From the NCBI GenBank assembly GCA_025201805.1, contig MU619355.1, forward strand, positions 36,496 to 100,495: 64,000 bases of DNA, in the 5' to 3' direction. How positions within the stretch are numbered: position 1 is the stretch's first letter; each line of letters starts with the position of its first letter. This DNA comes from Parasitella parasitica NRRL 2501. Lineage: Eukaryota > Fungi > Mucoromycota. The notes under the pieces are model-generated. The model searched no databases, had not been told where the DNA came from, and saw only the letters and a program-made list of their open reading frames with translations. A program made the position numbers and the translations under genes. Shown here piece by piece: positions 1-12,089 of the stretch.

Positions 1-317
1 GAGCTAAACGAGCTTCTGTCGTATAACCCAGAGTTTTGCTGATACTCCAAAAGATCATCATGGTCATTTGGTGAGGCTGCTGACATGGGATGCAATACGT
101 GCTGAGAGAAAGAATTGTCAAAGTCAATACTACTGCGCTGTTGCTCAGAAACAGGCGGATCTCTCATTACTTGGTGATGGTGCTGCATTTCGATTTCAGC
201 TAAAGGGTGCCGTGAAGGAAAATTTGTATTGCTACTACTACTGCTATCGTTATGCAAAGCAGATAGATGATAGGGCGTTGGGTGCCTTAGTCTTAAAGGC
301 TGTTGTTGCTGCGACAT
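1..317 (-). CDS. 5' end of an unknown protein-coding gene running off the left edge (low-complexity S/Q/H-rich N-terminus)
   Basis: Minus-strand ATG at 317 opens a stop-free frame to position 1 (MSQQQQPLRLRHPTPYHLS...EYQQNSGLYDRSSFS), preceded by a pyrimidine-rich leader. Confidence 0.6.
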   Translation of the reverse strand, partial: MSQQQQPLRLRHPTPYHLSALHNDSSSSSNTNFPSRHPLAEIEMQHHHQVMRDPPVSEQQRSSIDFDNSFSQHVLHPMSAASPNDHDDLLEYQQNSGLYDRSSFS

Positions 318-1349
318 TTTTGTATTCAAGAATGAAAAGGAAAAAGAAAGAAAAGCTGGAGATGAGGTCCCTTTTTTTTTTATACATTTTTCCCCACACA
401 CAAGACGACATGCACTAATAAACTATCAAAGGTCTCACTGAAAAAAACCGCCCCCCCCCCCAAGAGGCCATGGGAGCACCAATCAACGCACTCTTTAATG
501 CTCTTTGTTGGCTTGTTATCTTATTGGCTTGCTACTGTATCTTATTGGCTGCTTTTATCAATGCTAATGCCTTTAGCTGTATGTACCAAAAAAAACTTTT
601 TGTTGGGATAGACAAGAATTAACGTTAGAGATGCAAGCATTTTCCTTCGTTTTGACTGCCCGATTTCTTTGTTTTAATACCCTGTTGCATATCCATTGTT
701 ATGTTTGCGCATCACACACTTGATTACCTGTCCATTTCTCATCTAAATGCCAAGTTCTTTTCTCATTGGTTCTTCTTGAGCTTGACATGTAGCTACTACT
801 ATAATCTATAGGCCAAGTTTTTGGTTTAGAACGGATATTTTTATTGCCATTCAAACAAAAACAATGGACAAAACAGACGCAAATCAAGTTTACAAGAGGA
901 ATATTTCGTAAGCTAGTTTTAGCGATGAATAATGCGTTTTAAATACATGCTGATATACATTTTTTGTTCAGCGCTTACAAGCAGATGCAGACGATGAATG
1001 GGAGCAAGTTCGAATTCAACGATCACCTGGATTAGAAGTGATTCTTTCCTTTTTTTTNNNNNNNNNNNNNNNNNNNNNNNNNNNNNNNNNNNNNNNNNNN
1101 NNNNNNNNNNNNNNNNNNNNNNNNNNNNNNNNNNNNNNNNNNNNNNNNNNNNNNNNNNNNNNAAAAAAAAAATTGTAAAACAAACCCAAAGGAAATTCAT
1201 GATGATAATGATACGGAAGTTGGAAGGTAGCTTGAAGGATGGGTATGCAGGCCATAGAATTGATAATGATACCTATAAAAATAATCCAATTTATACGGAA
1301 ACAGTATAAATACAATTCACGTGTTAATACTATAGCTAGTATGAATATA

Positions 1350-2116
1350 ATCACTCTTCAATGTCAATCACTCGACGAGCTTTAGGTGTAAAACTTTTCA
1401 CGTTGAGATGTCCATTGCATTTAGGTACACTACAAAGTAGTTTTTTTCCATTGCCCGTCAAATATTGTGGAAATCACAGAAACATTCTAGGTCTATGTAA
1501 ATCATTAGATTTTGATGCTTGATTCCCTTGCAGAGCAAAACTTGGACATGCACTGGAGACCCAGAAGGTCTTGCCAACTGTATATTCTGATGGAGGTTCG
1601 CCACGATTGGCAGATCTTCCAAGTCTTTCAAGAATTGTTTTAGTCAATTTATCAACAGAGCTACCTTTAACAATTTCAATAAACTCTTCTTCTTCTCTTT
1701 CAATAGAGGCACGGTGTAAAGATTATCGTTGTCCTCTTGGATATCATCACTTTCCTCGTAGTCCAGAGGTCCACAGGCGCCATTTTCTTCTTGGCTTCTT
1801 GAGGATAAGAAATCTGCATTACCTGCAGTTGAGTTTTTCTTTATTAGAATACATGAGAGCTTTAACACTTTTTGATTGTCTACAAAATGCTCACCTACTT
1901 CTGGAGAAAACGTAGGCATAGTTGAAAATTCACTAATACTTGAAAATTTAGCAGAATTGGAGTTTCCAGAGTAAATTTCTTGAGTTGACTTTTTTTTTTT
2001 TTTGAATGAATGAATGAATGAATGAATGCATCCATTATTTTTTGTGATGAATCTTTTTTTGGTTTATTTTTAGAGCCTGCAAGACGGCCACGACTTTTGC
2101 CTGTAAATTCTGCCAT
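1350..2116 (-). pseudogene. Degraded transposon-associated gene (DUF6729-like Cys cluster, AT-hook-like N-terminus)
   Basis: Fragments MAEFTGKSRGRLAGSKNKPKK and DLHRPRMFL*FPQYL..LLCSVPKCNGHLNVKSFTPKARRVIDIE, with in-frame stops (TGA where W is expected) and frameshifts. Family call is from motif memory. Confidence 0.45.
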
Positions 2117-2565
2117 TGTAAAGAGATTCTAAAGACGTTGTCCAAAAGTAAAGCTTTCGTAAATTTATATATTTAAGCGTTTTATTCAAAATTTGTGCAT
2201 ATTTTGAATCTTTCCAAGTGAGATAGTAAATAAACCAAACCAACGCTTATTTTATACACTTTGTGTGCCTCTCGCTTCATGGGGTTTGGGACAGCGCATC
2301 ACAATTGACGATTTGATGTTGTATTTCATGATCCAGGAGAGACATGATTTTAATTGAAAAATTTGAAACCCAATAACCTCGTTTTGAGCATATCCATTGG
2401 CCGTTTAGAATTTATTGCTCAATCTTATTGGCTTAAAAACCGCATTTAAACCCAATAACCTGTATATTAGAGGTTATGATTGGATTAGAGGACCCCACTT
2501 CAGAGCAAAATCCGTCATACTGTGTGATTTTGAGATTCTTTGCAAGTGAACACATATCAGTGGCG

Positions 2566-3958
2566 ATGAGTAAAATTACTACTATTATTATTGATTCTGA
2601 CGATGATGATGGTTTTGTAGAAATATTAGAAAAGGCTTCCACCACAAAGCTTTCTGTACCAGCAAAGGAAATTCATACCAAACAGTCTAATGAAGTTGCA
2701 TTTCAACAAGCAACTAAACGTGGATCTGTAAACGCTCCAGCGTTGAGCAGAGCTTCTTCGATCCCAACTTCTTCGAATGTAAACATTATCTCTAGAATGA
2801 GGAAACCAACGTCTCCTGATCATTCTTCAAAAGTAGCGCCATCTCCAAAGCCTGTGCAGACAAATCCTTTCCAAACAAAATCTATACCAAAAAGACCTAT
2901 CATTTCACCTAAACATCCACTTCATCCTTCTCCCACTATCAACTTGCCACAAGAATCACCACGACGATCAAAATCTATGTCAAGGATGATTAGTTCACCA
3001 AACCTAATACCTGCACCTGTGGTTATTTATTCAACTGGCGGAACATCAGAAACCATAATGCCATTAGACAGTGTAAACAAGATGTTCCAGAGAGACGCGA
3101 GGTCCGTAACATTAGAAAAAGCAACTGAACATGCCTCAGGTCTATTGAAAAGCTCATCTTTGGTTGCTAAATCGAAAAAATTTGAAATTGACAGCGAGTT
3201 GGCAGCCATTTTCGCTCATACTCATGAGCCATCTTTTTCAATCGAGAAAAGCTCGAGCCAAATACCAAAGCCTTTTCCGTTGCGAGCTGATAAAAAGCCT
3301 ACTATTTCATCATCGCCGACGAGGCCATCAATACCTAACAATAGCTCAGAAGGATTACGGAGAGGAAGCAGCCTGTTTTCACCAAATTCATTAAATTCCC
3401 TGCCTGCGCCAACCCGCCAAAGACCCATTGATTCTCGACAGGATGCTTCTCCATTTCGTAGGCCAATATTTGACAAAAAGAAGATTATATATGACATCTA
3501 CGACGAAGATGGCGAGGAAGAAAATCTGGAATCATATATTAACCACGTAAGCAGTAGAAGAAAATTATTTCATGATGGACTTCAGGTAAAACCAATTTCT
3601 TTCAAACCAGTAATTACACCAACTGAGCTATTTCATGTGATAGGAAGAAGAGAAACGCCAAATAGGCAATAAGCAGTGTCCATTATGTTACATGATGTTT
3701 CCAAAGCAGGAAATTGACAATCACGCATTCAACTGCAATGGTAAACCCAGTGAAAAGGGCCTGAAAAAGAAGACGATAGGTGCAGCTGTTGCTCGAAACG
3801 CTGCAGAGAGGAAAAGGAAGAATACTGGAATACAAGACACCGGACCTACCAACTATTATGCCGATTCAGAAGGTGCTTTAGCTTTAGATGGAACAGGATT
3901 TGGAAGTGAAGCAACCGGTCTAACCTGGGAGTCCGCAGGCCAGATTCGTTATGCTTGA
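2566..3958 (+). CDS. Ser/Pro-rich disordered protein with a C-terminal UBZ-type zinc finger
   Basis: ATG at 2566; intron 3586-3643 (GT..AG, phase 0) joins to EEEKRQIGNKQCPLCYMMFPKQEIDNHAFNC (C-x2-C-x11-H-x3-C). Confidence 0.75.
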
Positions 3959-4178
3959 TATTTTTTGGGTTTCCTTTGCCTTCATGTAAATAAATTTCTT
4001 GATCCCATATCGTAAAGATACGCAACGACGATTGGAATATTAGCGGAGCATCTGTGTTGCACTGAGAACTCGATGTTCTTTGTATCACATTGAATATGCT
4101 AAGCAAGAGAGAGGTGATTAGTATAAATCAGCAAGGCAATTGTTTGATCTTTTCTATCGCACTCTTTAAACTGGAAAA

Positions 4179-4952
4179 ATGTGGCCTTTAATTATCAAGC
4201 TTTTAATGAATCCCAACATTGCATTTGCGCCACTTGGTATCTGGCTCTTCTTTGGATCAGTAATGCTATTTTCTCTCGCAAAGTCTTCAACATATCGTAA
4301 TCCTGTTTCATACGCTGCTCTTGTTGGTGGTCTTGCTGGAGTCGTTGCATCCGTGTTTCCTGTCTTGATGATATATGAAATCGTCAACAGTCAGCCTGCC
4401 TTTTATATCTTTTACGGTATTTATAGCGCTTACACCTATGTTCCTGCTATCGTTGCGTTTCATATGTTTGAAAAGAGGACAAAAAACAGTGAAGGAGGCA
4501 AGTATTCGATTTTCCTAGGTTTCACTTGGGCTGCTGTTTGTATTCTGGCAAGTCTTTCAGTAACGATCATGGCCGCCATTTACAGTACGCAAGAATCAAT
4601 CGATTTTTCATTGTCAGAACGATTTGCAAATGGCTTAACATTTTTGCTTTTGATGGGCTGGGGTTTTATTGCTGTCAATCTTTTATTGTTAGTGATATAC
4701 TTCCAGCATTTGAATCGAGGATATGCTCGCATGTCCTTTATAGCATACACCATACTGAATATTATGTCTGCAGTAGCATTCACTGTTCTTTCATTTGCAC
4801 CTCTGGAACCTGATTACAATTTTGTCGATACATATGGCTATTTAACTGTATTTTTGGTTGACTTTCCTACAGCAGCCGCCGTTTTCATCTCTTTCTACAT
4901 GGGCCATTTCTGGACGGGCAATGCGGAAAATGACATGGCTAGCATTGCATAA
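4179..4952 (+). CDS. Intronless multi-pass (~7 TM) membrane protein of unknown function
   Basis: 257-aa ORF with about seven hydrophobic segments; TATAAA at ~4122 upstream. Confidence 0.75.
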   Translation: MWPLIIKLLMNPNIAFAPLGIWLFFGSVMLFSLAKSSTYRNPVSYAALVGGLAGVVASVFPVLMIYEIVNSQPAFYIFYGIYSAYTYVPAIVAFHMFEKRTKNSEGGKYSIFLGFTWAAVCILASLSVTIMAAIYSTQESIDFSLSERFANGLTFLLLMGWGFIAVNLLLLVIYFQHLNRGYARMSFIAYTILNIMSAVAFTVLSFAPLEPDYNFVDTYGYLTVFLVDFPTAAAVFISFYMGHFWTGNAENDMASIA

Positions 4953-5308
4953 GAAATTACATGAATACAGTAGCTTCGATTTATTTAGATTATTAACCAG
5001 GATAAAATGAATTAGGTGGACAACGAAAATCAATATTTGCTAAAATTAAAAGAATTTTTTACTTGCAAGCGCTTTTATGGACAATAATGAACGATCTATA
5101 TAAATATATTAACAGTGTATGGTTTGCATACATTGCAAGTCTTGATTGTTTTTCCTTTCTTGTTGGTTGTGACAATTTTAGTTTGCAGGCATTATTCATG
5201 AAATCCCCGTATCCTCATTGTAACAGTGCTGCTTCACTAGCCATTAAAAGTATTATGATGTGACGTAAAAGATTGATAGATATTTATTAGCAAGTTTAAT
5301 AGATTACA

Positions 5309-6714
5309 TTAAAACTCGGCCCAAAGAGCATCGAATTGACATTGAAATTCCTTGATGCAGACGGGAATATTGGTGATCAACACATTCTCTCTATTCTTGA
5401 ACCTAGCACTATATTTCAATTGTTTTAGAAAGAGTAACACATTGCAACCAGCTAAACCTACCCTTTGGACCAGTTGAAGCTGCCATTGATGAGTGTTGCA
5501 CTGTCGATAATAGCAAACTTATTATGCATGTAGCCGGTTCTAAAAAAAAAAAGGCATGTATGAGATAATGAGCTCATGCTATATAAATAACAGAAAGCAA
5601 CTTACGTATTGTCTGTCTTGAATGGAATGCCGTACGACTCTTGCAGTCTCTTTGCATCAGCGCCCTTGCCAGCAGCCTGTTGATTATCCGTGATGATTTT
5701 AATAGCTACACCACGCTTCTTGGCAGAAATTAATGCATTAGCTACATCATCGTCTGTGAATGCAAAAACACAAATATCGATTGTCTTGGTTGCTGAATGC
5801 AGGACTGACAAAAAGGCCTATGTATGGCACAAGCTACGGTTAGTTGCGTTTCACGAAATGACTGTGTACATTACATTAAAACTGTCTTTGGAAGGGAAAA
5901 AGAACGCCCTTGCAAAGTAATCGCCAGACAGCACAGGAGCAGAGCTTGATTTAAACTTGGGATCAATATTCTCGAGTTCAGCAAAATATTTCTGGAGCGC
6001 CTTTGGGCCTGCGCCTTCTTTAATGAGAGGAATGACGGCATCTTTGGAGCTCTTTGGAGGAGAAGGAGGCACAACTTGATCTTGATTTTTCTTTTTGCGA
6101 GGTGCCTTGGCAGGAGCTGAGTCCTTCCTGCTCTTTCTTGAAGGAAGTGGTTTTGAAGGAACAACGCCATCATCAATGGAAGGGACATAATCGTCATCGG
6201 AACTTCCTATTAAATCATATCTCTCTCCATCATCCTCTTCCCAAGAAACATCAGTTTCTAGCTCATATTCTTCTTCTTCCTCTTTCTGTTGCTTCTTGTT
6301 CTTTTTTGCTGACGATGGGGCTGGCTGTTTGGGCAATTTGGGATTGGGAGCAGGCTTTTGAGTATAGCCATTGTTTTTTGCCTTCTCTGGATCTAAGCAA
6401 AACTCGATGGCGGTAGATACGCAAACTTGAAGCCAATCAATTAAGGCACGCTCGCGATCCAAATGACAGGCACCTGAAGCGCTTTTGAATATATCATTGA
6501 CCATTCGCGCAGTGTTACTAGGACTATTGCTCTTGGCTGAGACAAGCTTGGCAAACTCTTTGGTAGCATCAGTTTTGAGTCCATGATCATTTTTAATGCT
6601 TGCTGATGACTTCATAGAGACATCTAGGAATTGAGTGAAATTGCCAGTTTTCAAATCGGATATATGAAGAGAGGGGGGCTTCGGTACACATAGTAATTGG
6701 TATAGTTGGTCCAT
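5309..6714 (-). CDS. PLD6/Zucchini/Nuc-family single-HKD phospholipase D-like nuclease or cardiolipin hydrolase
   Basis: Four exons; motifs IDICVFAFTDD, GVAIKIITD, MHNKFAIID..LINGSFNWSKGARFKNREN; ends FDALWAEF-TAA (5309-5311). Confidence 0.9.
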
Positions 6715-7413
6715 TTTTCAAGATATGAAGAAGGGTATAGTGTATGTTTAAAGATGAAAAAGGGATCGAATGCACCTGGCAACTCCATTTATATACGGTT
6801 TCCAAATAGAGCTCCGGTTTGTGTTTTGATTAAATTCATTTTGGGATTTTGCACTATAAATTTGTGTGTTGGTAGGAAAATACTAAGGTGAAGAGAGCCT
6901 AAAAATTACGATTGATGAATGCCGAGCAGCATGCAAACTGCATCTAGTACGATACAACTCTGTATAAAACAGGTCGTATAAAAACATAAAAACATAAAAA
7001 CATAAAATAATAGAATAATAAAAAAAATAAACAAAAAAAACCTCTTGCACATTGGCTTTCCATCATTGGGAGCAAGCGTATTCACATTTACAGCAACAGC
7101 GTCAAATAAAACGGCTTTTCATACATCCACACTAACGATAATTTGTGTACCGATAATTGAAAAGGTTACGCAACAGAGCGATGAACGAAGATGATGCATG
7201 CTGCTCCCCAATCATGGAAATCATTCATAATCGTTACGATAATCTATAGTTCAGTGGCAATAAATGTTCGACCTACAATACATGCAGAAAAAAGGAATAT
7301 TATGACATGAAAATTAGATGTATTCGAGTATTATCAAGCTGATACATAAAAATAAAATGGAAGAAATGGGTGATTACATAAGAGAAAGTATAATGAAATA
7401 CAATACAAAGGCC

Positions 7414-8133
7414 TTAAACTGTATTGTATGCAGCAAACAAGAGCACTAATAAACCACTTGCTAATGTCCAATTTACTGACTCCTGCGCTGCTTGGACACC
7501 GTTACCATGGTAAGCAAATATAGACCCACCAGAGCTCGAAGGGTGTGGTTTGTTTGGATTTGTAGACATCGTAGTAACTGGAGCTGCATATGGTCGAACT
7601 GTAATAGGCACCGATGTATTCGATTTTGAAATAGAATCTACAAATAGGACGACGTAATTACCAGCCAATGTATTATTTGGGATGGCATACTGTTTTACAA
7701 AAAAAAAAAAAAAAAGTGTGAGTTATATGTACTATGTATCGTTGAATGACCTGATCTTACACTTAATTGATGCTCATAGTAAACCATTGTGTTATGAGTT
7801 CTTCTAAAGCTAAAACCTTGAGATATATCAGCGTTTGAAGTAATCACGATATCTGTAAAATTGAGAGCGGGATCTTGAGTAGTAAATAGCACTGATAAAG
7901 ATAGCACTATATGATTGTCAATTTTTGATTCCAAAATATCGATATGTTCGCTTACAATTGGGTAAATTAGCATCATCGGGCAGAGTATAACTAATGGGTA
8001 GCATTTGTCCGGCTACATAGGGTGCATTTGGCTCTGGCAGTGTCACATTGTAATTATGAGATGGAGATGGGACATCTGCCTTGACAAGACCAAGTATTAC
8101 AAGGTATATAAAAGTTGGAATAATTCCCTTCAT
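7414..8133 (-). CDS. Small secreted, probably GPI-anchored Ser/Thr-rich cell-surface protein (Kre9/Knh1-N-like)
   Basis: Signal peptide MKGIIPTFIYLVILGLVKA, YNVTLPEPNAPYVAGQMLPISY, S/T/P-rich linker and hydrophobic C-tail; two introns. Confidence 0.75.
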
Positions 8134-8745
8134 ATAGAGAATAGTAAAAGATATTTTAGAGAAAGAGAAAGAAGGTAAATTCAAAAGAGATTGAGGGGAG
8201 AGAGAATATTAGAGAGAAGGAGAGCTCACATTTCTTTTAAATAAACAACAATGTGCATTTGTATATACAGACACAGAAAAGGGTCCCTGGGACTCCTGCA
8301 TTTCGCTTTTTATTTATAATACACAGAGCTGTTGATTTTATGCACCTTGTGTATGTGATTCGCTTTAAACAGCTTTGTATATGATTTTCAATTTTTGGTG
8401 CGACATATAAGAATAATAGATATAATGGCATATTTTTTTATCATATAATATAAAAGAAATCCCACGAGTGCAATATTTATTAGTTATCATTGTATTTAAT
8501 CCATACTTGAACAGAATAAAAGTAGTAAAAGCTGAGAAATTTGTGTTTCGATGTATGCACGCTTCGCAAGATGTCAACTAGTGGATTGTTTGGTCATGTA
8601 ACGTATTTTTCTTTCGCAAACACACCCCATGATCGTTTTACAATCTATCCAAGAGGTGAATTTCTAAAAGGCAATACCAATGTGCAGATAGACAACAATT
8701 AAGAAAAATATATTCCTTCATTACTAGGTCATCTGAAATTTGCGA

Positions 8746-8776
8746 TTGCTCATTGCTCATTGCTCATTGCTCATTT
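8746..8776. repeat. (TTGCTCA)n heptamer microsatellite, ~4 copies
   Basis: ttgctcattgctcattgctcattgctcattt. Confidence 0.8.
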
Positions 8777-10050
8777 CCCCTAAATACTCCTGAATTGTGA
8801 TTGCTGAAATTTGATCTGACAGTTTTTGTATATCATCGACTGTCTTGGGTATGTTAAAAATTCGTATGTGCACATTTATACACACAAGGTACTAGAGTAT
8901 TTAATCTTGAGTATCATGTACGGCTGAATTATTTATGGCAATAAAAAAAAAGTTTCAGTTGTGCTCATAAAGTGTTTGCTGATCATCCAANNNNNNNNNN
9001 AAAAAAAAAAAAAAAAAAAAAAAAACATTTTTTAGTTACGAAAATATGCTCAAGTAAACCGTTTAAAGTCAAAAGGTAACCTTGTTTACAACTTTTGCGG
9101 CGTGATTTATAGCCTTTTGGCACCAAATGGTTTCTTGGAACTTGAAATCACTATCTGATGCGTATGCACCAAAAAACTTGACGATTTGTAATCAAACAAA
9201 TTGAAGTCTTGGTTGGTCGAACCCAGAACAGAAACAAATAATCGAGCATCAAATTATTTTCGCAGAAATTGAAATGTTTTAGCTAAAGCAAAATACAACA
9301 TGCCTCATATCATGAGTATTGGTAGGTTAGCGTTCAAGCACTGTGCTGCGTATATGTTCTGATTTTGGATAATTGAATCTCGAATTACAGCACTAGATGA
9401 ATAATGTCTACATGTAGATTTAAAGTCAAGGCTTTTTTTTTTTGGCCCTGGGTGACTTCCATGAAACCCAAAGAAATATTATGAATTAGATCAAAATCAA
9501 TGACAACCACTTGATAAAGCAGCGTTAATTTCTTTTGTATGTATATCTGAGTGAGAGATGATAGTTATATATCATACATAGACTTAATAAGCCCATACGG
9601 AACGCAAAACTAGAGTTACGATTAAGACGATACTAAATTCTTTGAAATAAAGAATAGCCAATATTATGAAGTATCTCTTTCCTTTTAACCGAAATTTCAT
9701 ATATAATTGATTAGATGCTCTAAGATTATATACAATATGATTTACCCGATTCTTCCGATCTAAATGTGATGATAAAGACATCATGTTTAATTTGAATATT
9801 CTACAACAGGTTTACAAATAATTTTATTAAGTTTTCGATATTACATGTATAAATCAAGTCTGTATGTAGATAAAACGAAATCTAACATTAAAATTATGTT
9901 AAAATTTCAATTATATACATGTCACCTAATAGAGATGGGGAGTCAGTATAGTCATAGTTAAAGATGAAGGGGGTAGGTTTGGGATGGTATAATACAACAA
10001 CGTGAAAAGGTGAGGAAAGGTCATGCGAGCACAATATAGGAAACCCGCTA

Positions 10051-12017
10051 TTAAAATTCAAACAGCTCATTGTGAGGCTCAAATCCTCGGATTACAGATT
10101 GATTCACGACATCACGAGTAAAAGGCGTAGAACCACAGGCATGTGTAAAGACTCTGCGGTTGGAATTAACTGTCTTGATCCTTTCCATTTCTTCAGCGAT
10201 AGGGGGTCTGACACCGTAAATCACTTTGAAGCCCTCAAGGTTTTCTAGGGTATTATTGCCTTCCTTTTCTCTAGTAATGTACACAGTAACAGATAAGCGA
10301 ATAGGCGTAACCGCATTCTTGCATTTTTCATCCCAATAATAGAACATGTCCATGTATACGGGGACTTCGTCTATTTGCAATAATTAGATCATGTAAAGTC
10401 ATTGATGCATGCATTTATATAGCAAGTATTTTCTTTTTTTACCAGAAATTCTGACAGCCCATATCAAATAGACGTGCTCTGTTGTCATAGTACGCAAGCC
10501 AATAGATTTTTTATCTATAATATCTTTGATAATACACATTGCAGGAGTCACGCCAACGCCAGTAGCAAAAAAAGCAGCTACGGGGAAATCCTGGAACTGG
10601 AGTTGAGGACCATAAGGACCATCGATATACACTTTGAGTTTATCGTTGGCGGCAGCTGTTTTTAAAAGATCGCTTGTCTTTTTACCCAATGCTTTGATAT
10701 GAAATGAGGCCATTGACTTGGTTTGCTTGTCTATAACGCCGTTACCACGACGACGAAGGCTGGAGCAATCAGATATCGAGCTAGCATCGGTGAGACTTTC
10801 TGCTGGTGAAGCGTTTTCATACTTTTCACCTAGTTTGGCTTTTGCAACTTCCTTCTGTTCGTTCTGTGAGTCAACAATACGCTCTTCGATTCCGCTATCA
10901 CTAGGATCATTAATACGGAAAACCTCAGAAATGGTAAACGGATGCCAGTTGGCGTATTCCCAAAGCCTTTTTCCATTGATAACAAAAGAAGCAAACACGT
11001 ATTGACCAGGTTTGAAGTACTTGAGTGCATTGTGTTCGTACAAGACGCGAACAATACCGTCCTGAGTGGCAGTTTGAGTAGCAACTTGGTCAACACGGAC
11101 TATAGTTGGTCTATTATACCAAGACTTGTATGTCCGAACAACACGGTCAGCAAACCAAAGAAGGACAGCAGGTATAAAGAATGCAAAGCAAGTGGTCTCG
11201 TGCCAGCAGGAGAAGATGATGGCGACTATGAGAAAAATGACATGGCAGTAGTAAAACACTTCAAAGTAATTACGGCGAATGTATTCTAGTGAAGAGACAA
11301 ACATAATCAAGAAACCCAACATTGCAATAGTACCAGTAGTTTGCTCGGTATTCCTGAAAAGAGCATCTTTAACAACATAGTTCTTTTGATAACCGACAAT
11401 TCTGCATATTTCATATAATTAGTTTCAAATGCTGACAGAGGTATTTATGGAGCTTCTACTTACATGCGCCAGACAAAATGAGGCATGAACTCGGCAAGAC
11501 CAATACGAGCAACAATCCGATGGAAAGGTATAAGTTCTTCGAATGTCAAGCCAGACATTTTGGGTAAGAGAGAGTTTCTTTGAGCAAGGAAAAAAACAAA
11601 CCCCCAATTCGCCATACCAACAAAAGCAGCACGACGATCCATTTGACCGATAGCGGGAACAATGTATGGGCCTGCCATTGCAAATGGAGCAAACAAACAA
11701 AAGAGAACGTTCAGGATGCAGAACAAGGTGATACCGATTATATGTTTTACGGGGAACATTTCAGTGCTGAAAGGAATCCGCACAACATAATCAAGACGGT
11801 TCCAGTATTTAAAAAACGGCAATTCAGTTACAACATTGTCTTTTTTACCACTGATCCTACTCTTCCGAATTCGATAAATACGAATTCTATTCAATTGATA
11901 GCCAATACAGTAGAGAGCAAAGAGACCCCACCAAAAAAAGGTATAAGCCAGACCGGCTATAAAGAAATTACTGGTGGTTCTAATTGTGTATGCGCTATCA
12001 CTGTTTCCGTGAGCCAT
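10051..12017 (-). CDS. Ferric/cupric reductase (FRE/NOX-like transmembrane reductase)
   Basis: Heme-ligand motifs FHRIVAR and FYYCH..WH; FAD motif WHPFTIS; NADPH motifs DGPYG and TGVGVTP; HACGS; C-terminal HNELFEF; two introns. Confidence 0.93.
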
Positions 12018-12089
12018 TTTTTTTTATGTGATTGATTCAACGCAATAGAGTAAAGAAGCCTACTAGCACTGAGAAAGTGATGGAAAAAC

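Noticed and set aside
2004-2028. (GAAT)n tracts here and at ~28880-28911
   Set aside because: Ordinary microsatellites
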